64,000 nucleotides of DNA from the NCBI GenBank assembly GCA_964016885.1, contig OZ024753.1:24118001-24182000 (forward strand), written 5' to 3'. Below, in pieces: positions 53,076-64,000 of the stretch. The DNA comes from Eledone cirrhosa. Taxonomy: Eukaryota. The notes under the pieces were generated by a model. That model was given only the letters and a program-made list of their open reading frames with translations, was not told the origin of the DNA and did not search any database. Positions within the stretch are counted from its first letter, which is position 1. Each line of letters begins with the position of its first letter. Position numbers and translations under genes: made by a program.

Positions 53076-56000
53076 GTATTGTAATGTCTGATTTTATGTC
53101 TGTGTTGTATTGTATGTATTGTAATGTTTCTTATTATGTCTGTTTTGTGTTGTGTGTATTGTGCTGTATGTTGTTATGTCTGTCTTGTGTGTAGTGTAAT
53201 GTATGTTATGTCTGTGTTGTGTTGTGTGTATTGTAATGTCTGTTGTTATGCCTGTGTTATGTTGTGTGTATTGTAATCTCTCTTGTTATGTCCGTGTTGC
53301 GTTGTGTGTATTGTAATGTTTGTTATGTATGTGTTGTATGTATTGTAATGTCTGTTGTTATGTCTGTGTTGTATGTATTGTAATGTATGTTGTTATGTCT
53401 GTGTTGTGTGTATTGTTATGTCTGCTGTTATGTCTGTGTTATGTTGTGTGTATTGTAATGTCTCTTGTTATGACTGTGTTGCGTTGTGTGTATTGTAATG
53501 TCTGTTGTTATGTCTGTGTTGTGTGTATTGTGATGTCTGTGTTGTGTTGTATGTATCGTAATGTCTATTGTTATGGTTGGGTTGTGTTTTGTGTATGGTA
53601 ATGTATGTTAATCTGTCTGTGTCGTGTGTATTGTTATGTCTGTTGTTATGTCTGTGTTGTGTTGTGTGTATTGTAATGTATGTTCTTATATCTGTGTTGT
53701 CTTGTATGTATTGTAATGTCACTTGTTATGTTTGTGTTGTGTTGTGTGTAATGTAATGTCTGTTCTTATGTCTGTGTTGTGTGTATCGTAATATCCGTTG
53801 TTATGTCTGTGTTGTATATATTGTAATGGCTGTTGTTATGTCTCTGTTGTGTTGTGTGTATTGTATTGTCTCTGTTTTTATGTGGGTGTTATCTTGTGTG
53901 TATTGTAATGTCTCTTGTTATGTATGTGTTGCGTTGTGTGTATTGTAATGTCTGTTGTTATGTCTGTGTTGTATGTAATGTTCGTTGTTATGACTGTGTT
54001 GTATGTATTGTAATGTATGTTGTTATGTCTGTGTTGTGTGTATTGTAATGTATGTTGTCTTATCTGTGTTGGGTTGTCTGTATTGTAATGTCTGTTGTTA
54101 TGTCTGTGTTGTATGTAATGTTCGTTGTTATGTCTGTGTTGTATGTATTGTAATGCATGTTGTTATGTCTGTTGTGTTGTGTGTATTGTAATGTATGTTG
54201 TTATGTCTGTGTTATATTGTGTGTATTGTAATGTCTCTCTTTATGACTGTGTTGCGTTGTTTGTATTGTAATGTCTGTTGTTATGTCTGTGTTGTATTTA
54301 ATGTAATGTCTGTTGTTATGTCTGTGTTGTATGTAGTGTAATCTATGTTGTTATGCCTGTTTTGTGTGTATTGTAATGTCTGTGTAGTGGTGTATGTATT
54401 GTATTATCTGTTGTTATATATGTGTTGTGTTGTGTGTATTTTAATGTCTGTTCTTATGTCTGTGTTGTGATGTGTGTATTGTAATCTTTGTTGTTATGTA
54501 TGTGTTTTGTTTTGTGTGTATTGTAATGTCTGTTGATATGTCACTGTCGTGTGTATTGCTATGTCTGTTGTTATGTCTGTGTTGTGTTGTATGTAATGTA
54601 ATGTCTGTTTTATGTCTGTGTTGTGTTGTATCTATTGTAATTTCTATTGTTATGGCTGTGTTGTGTTGTGTGTATTGTAATGTCTGTTGTTAGGTCTGTG
54701 TTGAGTGTGTTGTTGTGACTGTTGTTATGTATGTGTTGTTTTGTGTGTATTGTAGTGTATGTTGTTATATATGTGTTGTCTTGTATGTATTGTAACGTCT
54801 ATTGTTATGTCTGTGTTGTGTTGTGTGTATTGTAATATATGTTGTTATGTCTGTGTTGTGTTTATTGTAATGTCTGTGTTGTGTTGTATGTATGGTAATG
54901 TCTATGGTTATGGTTGTGTTGTGTTGTGTGTATTGTAATGTCTGTTGATATATCTGTGTCGTGTTAATTGTTGTGTCTGTTGTTGTTTGTCTTGTGTTGT
55001 GTGTATTGTAATGTCTGTTTTATGTCTGTGTTGTGTTGTATGTATTGTAACGTCTATTGTTATAGCTGTGTTGTGTTGTATGTATTGTAATGTCTGTTGA
55101 TATGTCTGTGTCGTATGTATTCTTATGTCTGTTGCTATGTCTGTGTTGTGTTGTATGTATTATAATGTTTATTATTATGGCTGTTGTGTTGTGTGTATTG
55201 TAATGTCTCTTGTTATGTCTGTGTTGTGTTGTGTGTATTGCAATGTCTGTTGTTATGTCTGTGTTGTGTTCTGTTTAATGCAATGTCTGTTGTTATGTCT
55301 GTGATGTTTGTACTGTAGTGTCTGTGTTGTGTTGTATGCATTTTAATGTCTGCTATTATATATGTGTTGTGTGTATTTTAATTTCTATTGTTATGTCTGT
55401 GTTGTATGTATTGTAATATCTGTTGTTATATCTGTGTTGTGTGTATTGTAATGTCTGTTGTTATGTCTGTGTTGTGTTGTATGTATTGTAATGTATGTTG
55501 TTATGTATGTGTCTGTCTTGTGTATTGTAATGTATTTTGTTATGTCTGTGTTGTGCTGTGTGTATCGTAATGCCTGTTGTTATGTCTGTGTTCTGTTGTG
55601 TGTATTGTAATGTCTGCGTTGTGTGTATTGTAATGTCTGTTGTTATATCTGTGTTAGGTTGTGTGTATCGCAATGTCTGTTGTTATGTCTGTGTTGTATT
55701 TAACTTAATGTCAGTTGTTATGTCTGTGTTGTATATATTGTAATGTATGTTGTTATGTCTGTGTTGAGTGTATTGTAATGTATGTTGTTATATATGTGTT
55801 GGGTTGTGTGTATTGTAATGCGTGTTGGTCGGTCTGTGTTGTATGTATTGTAATATCTGTTGTTATGTCTCTGTTGTGTTGTGTGTATTGTAATGTCTGT
55901 TGTTATGTCTTTGTTATATTGTGTGTATTGTAACGTCTCTCTTTATGACTGTGTTGCTTTGTTTATAGTCTAATGGCTATTGTTATGTCTTTGTTGTATT

Positions 56001-59000
56001 TAATGTAATGTCTGTTGTTATGTCTGTGTTATATGTATTGTAATGTATGATGTTATGTCTGTGTTGTGTGTAGTGTAATGTCTGTGTTGTGTTGTATGTA
56101 TTGTAATCTCTATTGTTAAGGTTGTGTTGTTATGTCTGTTGTTATGTTTGTGTTGTGTGTATTGTAATGTCTGTTTTATGTCTGTGATGTGTTGTATGTA
56201 TTGTAATGTCTATTGTTATGGCTGTGTTGTGTGTATTGTAATGTCTGTTGTTAAGTCTGTGTTGTGTGTGTTGTTGTGTCTGTTGTTATGTATGTGTTGT
56301 GTTGTGTGTATTGTAATGTCTGTTGTTATGTCGGTTTTGTGTTGTGTGTATTGTAATGTATGTTGTTATGTCTTTGTTGTGTTGTGTGTATTGTGATGTG
56401 TGTTGTGTTGTACGTATTGTAATGTCTCTTGTTATGTGTGTGTTGTGTTGTGTTTATTGTAATGTCTGTTTTATGTCAGTGATGTGTTGTATATATTGTA
56501 ATGTCTATGGTTATGGTTGTGTTGTGTTGTGTGTATTGCAATGTCTGTTGATATGTCTGTGTTGTGTGTATTGTAATGTCTGTTTGTTATGTCTGTGTTG
56601 TGTTGTGTGTATTGCAATGTCTGTTGTTATGTCTGTGCTGTGTTCTGTTTAATGCAATGTCTGTTGTTATGTCTATGTTGTTTGTACTGTAATGTCTGTG
56701 TTGTTATGTCTGTGTTGTGTTGTATGTATTTTAATGTCCGCTATTATATATGTGTTGTGTTGCGTGTATTGTAATGTCTATTGTTATGTCTGTGTTGTTT
56801 TGTATGTATTGTAATGTCTGTTGTTATCTCTGTGTGTTGTGTGTATTGTAATGTCTTTTGTTATATCTGTGTTGTGTTGTTTGTATTGTAATGTCTGTTG
56901 TTATGTCGGCGTTCTGTTGTGTGTATTGTAATATCTGTGTTGTGTTGTATGTATTATAATATCTGTTGTTGTCTGTGTTTTGGTATGTATTGTATTGTCT
57001 GTCGTTATGTCTGTGTTGTATTGTGTTGTATGTATTGTAACGTCTATATTATGGCTGAGTTGTGTTGTATGTATTGTAATATCTGTTGTTATGTCTGTTT
57101 TTGGTGTGTATTGTAATGTTTTTTGTTATGTCTGTATTCTGTTGTGTGTATTGTAGTGTCTGTTTTTATGTATGTGTTGTGTGCATTTTAATGTCTGTTG
57201 TCATGCTGTGTTGTGTGTATTGTAATGCATGTTGTTATGTCTATGTTGTGTATATTGTAATGTCTGTCGTTATGTCTGTGTAGTGTCGTAGGTATTGTAA
57301 TGTCTGTTATATCCGTGTTCTGTTGGGTGTATTGTAATGTCTGTTGGAATGCCGGTGTTGTGTTGTGTGTATTGTAATGTCTGTTAATATGTCTGTGTTG
57401 TGTGTATTGTAATGTCTGTTTTTATATCTGTATTGGGTTGTGTGTATTGTAATGTCTGTTGTTATGTCTGTGTTATGTTGTGTGTATTGTAATGTCTCCT
57501 GTTATGTATGTGTTGCGTTGTGTGTATTGTAACGTCTGTTGTTATGTCTGTGTTGTATTTAATGTAATGTCCGTTGTTACGTATGTGTTGAGAGTATTGT
57601 AATGTCTGTTGTTATATCTGTGTTGGGTCAGGTGTATTGTAATGGCTATTGTTAGGTCTGTGTTGTATGTATTGTAATGTATGTTGCTATGTCTCTGTTG
57701 TGTTGCATGTATTGTAATCTCTGTTGTTATGTCTGTGCTGTATTTAATGTAATGCCTGCTGTTATGTCTGTGTTGTATGTATTGTAATGTATGTTGTTAT
57801 GTCTCTGTTGTGTGTATTGTTATGTCCGTTGTTATGTCTGTGTTATGTTCTGTGTATTGTAATGTCTCTTGTTATGACTGTGTTGCGTTGTGTGTTTTGT
57901 AATATATGTTGTTATGTCTGTGTTGTATTTAATGTAATGTCTGTTGTTATGTCTGTGTTGTATGTATTGTAATGTATGTTGTTATGTCTGTGTTGTGTGT
58001 ATTGTAATGTCTGTGTTGGGTTTTATGTATTGTAATGTCTATTGTTATGCTTGTGTTGTGTGTATTGTAAAGTCTGTGTTGCGTTTTATGTATTGTAATG
58101 TCTATTGTTATGCTTGTGTTGTGTGTATTGTAATGTCTGCTGATGTCTGTGTCGTGTGTATTGTTATGTCTATTGATATGTCTGTCTTGTGTTATGTGTA
58201 TTGTAATATCTGTTTTATGTCTGTGATGTGTTGTATGTATTGTAATGTCTATTGTTAAGTCTGTGTAGTGTGTATTTTTGTGTATGTTGTTATGTCTGCG
58301 TTGTGTGTATTGTAATGTATGTTGTTATATGTATGTTGTCTTTATTGTAATGTCTGTTGTTATGACTGTGTTGTGTGTATTGTAACGTATGTTGTTATGT
58401 CTGTGTTGTGTGTATTGTAATGTCTGTTGTTATATGTGTTGGGTTGTGTATTGTAATGTCTGTTGTTATGTCTCTGTTGTGTTGTGTGTATTGTAATCTC
58501 TGTTGTTATGTCTGTGTTGTATGTAATGTAATGTATGTTGTTATGTCTGTATGGTATTTAATGTAATGTCTGTTGTTATGTATGTGTTGTATGTATTGTA
58601 ATGTATGTTGTTATGTCTGTGGTGTGTGTATTGTAATGTATTTTGTTATGTCTGTTTTGTGTGTATTGTAATGTCCGGTGTTATGTTTGTGTTGTGTGTA
58701 TTGTAATGTCTGGGTTGTGTTTTATGTATTGTAATGTCTCTTGTTATGTCTGTATTGTGTTGTCTTTATTGTAATGTCTGTTTTATGTCAGTGTTGTGCT
58801 GTATATATTGTAATGTCTATTGTTATGGTTGTGTTGTGTTGTGTGTATTGGAAAGTCTGCTTTATGTTTGTGTTGTATGTATTGTAATGTCTATTGTTAT
58901 GGCTGTTTTGTGTTGTGTGTATTGTAATGTGTATTGTAATGTATGTTGTTATGTCTGTGTTGTGTGTATTGTTGTTTCTGTTGTTATGTCTGTGTTGTGT

Positions 59001-62000
59001 TGTGTATTGTAATGTCTGTTGTTATATCTACGTTGTCTTGTATGTATTGTAATCTCTGTTTTTATGTCTGTGTTGTACGTATTGTAATGTCTGTTGTTAT
59101 GTCTGTGCTGTATGTAGTGTAATGTCTCTTGTTATGTCTGTGTTGTGTTGTGCGTATTGTAATGTATGTTGTTATATCTGTATTGTATTGTATGTATTGT
59201 AATGTCAGTTGTTCTGTATGTGCTGTGTTGTGTGTATTGTAATGTCTGTTGTTATGTGTGTGTTCTGTGTATTTTAATGTCTCTTGTTATGTCTGTGTTG
59301 TGTTGTTGGAATTGCAATGTCTGTTGTTATGACTTTGTTGTGTTCTGTGTAATGCAATGTCTTTTGTTATGTCTGTGTTGTTTGTACGGTAATGTCTGAG
59401 TTGTTATATATGTATTGTGTTGTGTGTATTGTAATGCCTGTTATTATATCTGTGTTGTGTTGTATGTATTGTAATGTCTGTTGTTATGTCTGTGTGTGTT
59501 GTGTGTATTTTAATGTCTGCTGTTATGTCTGTGTTGTGTTGTGTGTATTGTAATGTCTGTTGTTATGTCTGTGTTCTGTTGTGTATTTTAATGTCTCTGT
59601 TGTGGTGTATGTATTGTAATGTCTGTTGTTATATATGTGTGTGTTGTGTGTATTGTAATGTCTATTGTTATGTCCGTGTTGTGTGCATTGTATTGTCTGT
59701 CGTTATGTCTGTGTTGTGTTGTGTGTATTGTAATGACTGTTATTATGTCTGTGTTGTGTTTATTGTAATGTCTGTTGTTATGTCTCTGTAGTGTTGTGTA
59801 TTTTAATGTCTGTTGTTATGTCTGTGTTGTGTTGTATGTACTGTAATGTATGCTGTTATGGCTCTGTTGTGTTGTATGCATTGTAATGTCGGTTGTTATG
59901 TCAGTGGTTTGTTGTGTATTGTAATGTCTGTTGTTATGTAGGTGTTGTGTGCATTGTAATGTCTGTTGTTATGTCTTTGTTGTGTTGTGTGTATGGTAAT
60001 GTCTGTTGTTATGTCTGTGTTGTGTTGTATGTAGTGAGATGTCTTTTGTTATGTCTGTGTTGTGTTGTACGTATGGTAATGTCTGTTATGTCTGTGTTGT
60101 GAAAGGTGTATTGTAATGTCTGTTATGTCTGTGTTGTGTGTATTGTAATGTCTGTTGTTATGTCTGTGTTGTGTCTATTATAATGGCTGTTGTTGTGCTG
60201 TGTTGTATGTGTTGTAATGTCTGTTGTTTGTCTGTGTTGGATTGTGTCTATTGTAATGTTTGTTGTTATGTCTGTCTTGTATGTATTGTATTTTATGTTG
60301 TCATGTCTGTGTTATGTGTATTGTAATGTATATTGTTATTTCTGTTATGTCTGTTATGTCTGTTATGTGTATTGTATTGTTTGATGTTATGTCTGTGTTG
60401 TGTGTATTGTAATGTCTGTTTTATGTTTGTGTTGTGTTGTATGTATTGTAATGTCTATTGTTATGGCTGTGTTGTGTTGTGTGTATAGTAATGTATGTTG
60501 TTATGTCTGTGTTGTGTGTATTATTATGTCCGTTGTTATGTCTGTGTAGTGTTGTGTGTATTGTAATGTCTGTTACTATGTCTGTGTTGTGTTGTATGTA
60601 CTCTAATGTGTGTTGTTATGTCTGTGTTGTGTTGTATGTATTGTAATGTCTGTTGTTATGTCTGTGTTGTGTTGTGTGTATTGTATTAACTGTTGTTATG
60701 TCTGGGTTGTGTGCATTGTAATGTCTGATGTTATGTCTGTGTTTTGTTATGTGTATTGTAATGTCTGCTGTTATGCCTGTGTTGTATGTATTGTAATGGC
60801 TGTTGTTGTGTCTGTGCTGTGTTGTGTGTATTGTAATGTCTGTTGTTATGTCTGTGTTCTGTTTATTTTAATTTATATTGTTATGTCTGTGTTGTGTTGT
60901 TGGAATTGCAATGTCTGTTGTTATGTCTGTGTTGTGTTCTGTTTAATGCAATGTCTGTTGTTATGTCTGTGTTGTTTGTACTCCTATGTCTGTGTGTTAT
61001 GTCTGTATTGTATTGTGTGTATTGTAATGTCTGTTGTTATGTCTGTGTTCTGTGTATTGAAATGTCTGTTATTATATCTGTGTTGTGTTGTGTGTATTGT
61101 AATGTGTATTGTTACGTCTGTGTTGTGTTGTATGTATTGTAATATCTGTTATTATATATGTGTTGTGTGTATTGTAATGTCTGTTGTTGTGTCTGTGTTG
61201 TGTGTATTGTAATGTATTTTGTTATGTCTGTGTTGTTATGTAGGTGATGTGTTGTATGTTTTGTAGTGTCTGTTGTTATGTCTGTGTTTGTTGTGTGTAT
61301 TTTAATGTTTGTGTTGTGTTGTATCTATTGTAATGTCTATTGTTATGAATGTGTTGTGTTGTGCATTTTGTAGTGTCTGTTGTTAGCGCTGTGTTGTGAG
61401 TATTGTTATGTATGTTATGTCTGTGTTGTGTGTATGGTAATGTCGGTTGTTATGTCTGTGTTGAGTTGGGGGTATTGTAATGTCTGTTGTTATGTCTGTG
61501 CTGTGAGTATTGTAATGTCTGTTGTTAGATTTTTGTTGTGTTTATTGTAATGTCTGTAGTTATGTTTGTGTTGTGTGTATTTTAATGTCTGTTGTTATGT
61601 CTGTGTTGTGTTGTATGTATTGTAATGTCTGTTGTTATGTCTGTGTTGTATATATTGTAATGTATGTTTTTATGTCTGTTTTGTGTTATGTGTATTGTAT
61701 TGTCTATTTTTATGTCTGTGCTGTGTGTATTGTAATTTATGTTTCATGTATGTGTTGTGTTGTATGTATTGTAATGTACATTGTTATGGCTTTGTTGTGT
61801 TCCGTGTATTGTAATGTCTGTTGTTATGTCTGTGTTGTGTGTATTGTTATTTCTGTTGTTATGTCTGTGTAGTGTTGTGTATTTTAATATCTGTTGTTAT
61901 GTATGTGTTGTGTTGTATGTACTGTAATGTCTGTTATGTCTATGTTGTATTTAATGTAATGTCTGTTGTTGTGTGTGTGTTGTGTGTACTGTTATGTCTG

Positions 62001-62434
62001 TCGTTATGTCTGTGTTATGTTCTGTGTATTGTAATGTCTCTTGTTATGACTGTGTTGCGTTGCGTGTATTGTAATGTCTGTTGTTATGTCTGTGTTGTAT
62101 TTAATGTAATGTCTGTTCTTATGGATGTGTTGTATGTATTGTAATGTATGTTGTTATGTCTGTGTTGTGTGTAATGTAATGTCTGTGTTGTGTTGCATGT
62201 ATTGTAATGTCTATTGTTACGGCTTTGTTGTGTTGAGTGTATTATAATGTCTGTTGTTATGTCTGTTTTGTGTGTATTTTTATGTCTTTTGTTATGTCTG
62301 TGTAGTGTTGTGTGTATTTTAATGTCTGTTGTTATGTCTCTGTTGTGTTGTATGTACTGTAATGTCTGCTGTTATGTGTCTGTTGTGTTGTATGTATTGT
62401 AATGTCGGTTGTTATGTCTGTGGTGTGTTGGGTG

Positions 62435-62634
62435 NNNNNNNNNNNNNNNNNNNNNNNNNNNNNNNNNNNNNNNNNNNNNNNNNNNNNNNNNNNNNNNNNN
62501 NNNNNNNNNNNNNNNNNNNNNNNNNNNNNNNNNNNNNNNNNNNNNNNNNNNNNNNNNNNNNNNNNNNNNNNNNNNNNNNNNNNNNNNNNNNNNNNNNNNN
62601 NNNNNNNNNNNNNNNNNNNNNNNNNNNNNNNNNN
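62435..62634. other. Assembly gap (200 N)
   Basis: Exactly 200 N. A round length like this is typical of a scaffolding placeholder of unknown true size. Confidence 0.99.
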
Positions 62635-63076
62635 TTATCTATACGGTGAAATCTTTGAAATAAATATATGTTAAAACGAAAAAGGAGAAAATAAATAACT
62701 GGCGGTTAGAAAAAAATATTCCTATGAAATTTTAATCATACCATTAGGTGTGAATAAGGAAATATTTTTTTATTGTCAAAACAAATGTTCAAAAGTTAAA
62801 CTCCAATTTTTTTTATTATTTCCAATTTTTTCATGAAATTGAACACTGGACATTGGCTGCTGGAAATGGAAATTAAATCGTATTTAATTGTATTTAAATT
62901 TCTAACCTTATTTTATTATTTATATTTTTTCAATAAGAAATAAAAAAAAGCAACAAAAAAAATTGAAGAAAAAAATTGAACAAATCAAACGTAGGTTATG
63001 GAACTGCGCAATCTGATTAATAAATTACCTCATCAGCAGCAACCTTCTTCAAATGGTCCTTATTATCAGCAGTAAC

Positions 63077-63136
63077 AACCACAAATTCAATGGCAACCTT
63101 CTTCAAACCACAAATTCAATGGCAACCTTCTTCAAA
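63077..63136. repeat. 29-bp perfect tandem duplication (AACCACAAATTCAATGGCAACCTTCTTCA x2)
   Basis: Copies at 63077-63105 and 63106-63134. A third partial copy, GCAACCTTCTTCAAATGGT, lies at 63039-63057. Confidence 0.9.
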
Positions 63137-63142
63137 TGGTGT

Positions 63143-63501
63143 CAAGTCAGAACCGCCTCGAACTGGTTACTTCTGGCTTGTGCAAGGTGTCTCTATAGCA
63201 ACCAGCGACTCCCTCGGCCTCAGTGACCAAAGTCAGTGGAGATGGGAAGGTAATGTTTCTATAGCGACAGTGTTTCTCTTGGTAGTACCAAAGTGGAGAA
63301 AGGAAGGGGAAGGTAATATTTCTGTAGCACGTGTTTTAGCGTCTATTCACTCTCTCTTTCTCATCTCTCCCTCCCGCTATCCCCCTCTCGTAGTCTGTCT
63401 CTTTCTTTCACTCTCACTCTCTCTCTACGCACGTGTTTCCACTGTCGGACAGACAGACAGAGAAATTGCTGGTTATATATATAAGTAGACTAGCAATTTC
63501 T
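63143..63501 (-). mobile_element. Putative non-autonomous Helitron/Helentron (DINE-1-like) fragment
   Basis: The minus strand from 63489 reads TCTACTTATATATATAACCAGCAATTTCTCTGTCTGTCTGTCC: a TC start, an AT-rich head and then (CTGT)n, as in invertebrate non-autonomous Helitrons. There is a 13-bp inverted repeat (63461-63473 / 63489-63501), a GA-rich tract, degenerate ~60-bp internal repeats (63184-63329) and a hairpin at 63143-63180. No canonical A|T target or clear CTRR 3' end was found. Confidence 0.45.
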
Positions 63502-63925
63502 AAAGTGCAATGCTATGGAATAGCTTATAAAATGGGGTAATGACCCTTAGAGACGAAAAAAAACATTTTCCCAGCGACCGCAGCGTGCTCTAGCCATTGA
63601 TATGGTGTTTCTTTACATTGCAGTTATTTTCCGCACGTGAGCATCCTATATTTTCTTTAAACTTTATCATCTCCGCTCTTCGTATGTTCGAAAGTGCGAG
63701 CTTCTCACGTGATGTTTGTTTACATTCTCAAAAGCTATTTGATTCAGCCCGTTAATTTAGACATTAAGATGTTGTCAGAGGTCCCTCAGCTCAATGATGA
63801 GATCCCTCATCCTATATCCGAGAGATACGAGTTTCGATTCCTCGTGGCTGCCGCTGTAAACTTCTTTGTCCGTCTCTAAGTGCCATTAACCTATTTTATA
63901 AGCTATTTTATAGCAATTGATTCTA
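63499..63925. mobile_element. Putative MITE with long diverged TIRs and a 9-10-bp flanking direct repeat (Mutator-like)
   Basis: 63511-63555 matches the reverse complement of 63871-63915 at 39 of 45 positions, and weaker similarity continues to about 63587/63841. ACTAGCAATT flanks the unit as a direct repeat (63489-63498 and 63925-63934). There is no transposase ORF. Confidence 0.6.
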
Positions 63926-64000
63926 CTAGCAATTATTTTCTTCGCTTCATTACCTACATCTTCTGTAAACTTCATTCTCTAAGCGCTTCGTAAGTTTGAG

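Larger units (their letters stand above)
1..62434. repeat. Large GT-rich tandem satellite array, 35/40-bp monomers, consensus TATTGTAATGTCTGTTGTTATGTCTGTGTTGTG(TTGTG)TG
   Basis: The anchor TATTGTAATGTCTGTTGTTATGTCTGTG recurs every 35 or 40 bp in one orientation across the whole interval. I saw no foreign insertion or inversion. The array runs off the left window edge and into the N gap on the right. Confidence 0.98.

Noticed and set aside
232-55673. His/Thr/Asn-rich minus-strand ORFs
   Set aside because: These are reverse-complement translations of the same satellite with no independent coding signal.
1-62434. Numerous Cys/Val-rich ORFs (+) resembling metallothionein, keratin-associated or zinc-finger proteins, including 30562..31110, 39264..39860 and 60610..61212
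   Set aside because: They are direct translations of the TG-rich repeat. A 35+40 pair is 75 bp and preserves frame, so the single TAA is skipped by chance. Overlapping frames give the same peptides, indels are mostly not multiples of 3, and many starts are non-ATG.
1-62434. CRISPR-like array (repeat length about 35 bp)
   Set aside because: Monomers abut with no unique spacers, and there is no leader or cas gene.
1-62434. Canonical telomerase repeat or G-quadruplex array
   Set aside because: There is no TTAGG/TTAGGG-type unit and the consensus has no GG run. Variant monomers are co-duplicated in kb blocks, which indicates recombination rather than synthesis from one short template.
1-62434. 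TpG richness as a product of methyl-CpG decay
   Set aside because: Symmetric CpG decay would also yield abundant CpA on this strand, but CpA is absent from the consensus and rare in the array.
62329-62674. ORFs spanning the N run
   Set aside because: They are artefacts of translating through the gap.
63090-63488. 132-aa ORF with a hydrophobic stretch
   Set aside because: It starts inside a 29-bp duplication and runs antisense through the putative Helitron-like fragment. The LSLSL stretch comes from a CT microsatellite and no domain is recognisable.
63694-63879. 61-aa ORF inside the putative MITE
   Set aside because: It is short, starts at GTG, runs into the TIR and has no transposase motifs.

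Overview
Eukaryotic-looking, non-genic window. Bases 1-62434 are one uninterrupted, single-orientation tandem satellite with a 35-bp core monomer (TATTGTAATGTCTGTTGTTATGTCTGTGTTGTGTG; 19 T, 10 G, 4 A, 2 C; no CpG, no GG). It is interleaved with 40-bp (+TTGTG), 43-bp and 23/28-bp length variants. The array has no single fixed higher-order repeat. It is a nested mosaic of local duplications (periods about 114, 173, 315, 387, 626, 950-990, 1300, 1750-1950, 3804 and 4500-4800 bp) and shows layered domains, with a more homogeneous left part (to about 28.4 kb) and more divergent right parts. All Cys/Val-rich (+) and His/Thr/Asn-rich (-) ORFs in the array are translation artefacts of the repeat. A 200-N scaffold gap (62435-62634) follows. 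The last 1.4 kb is AT-rich non-satellite DNA containing a short 29-bp tandem duplication, a probable non-autonomous Helitron/Helentron-like end and a probable ~430-bp MITE with long diverged TIRs and a 9-10-bp flanking direct repeat. I found no credible protein-coding gene, RNA gene, CRISPR array or new gene system. All alignments were done by eye, so boundaries are approximate.
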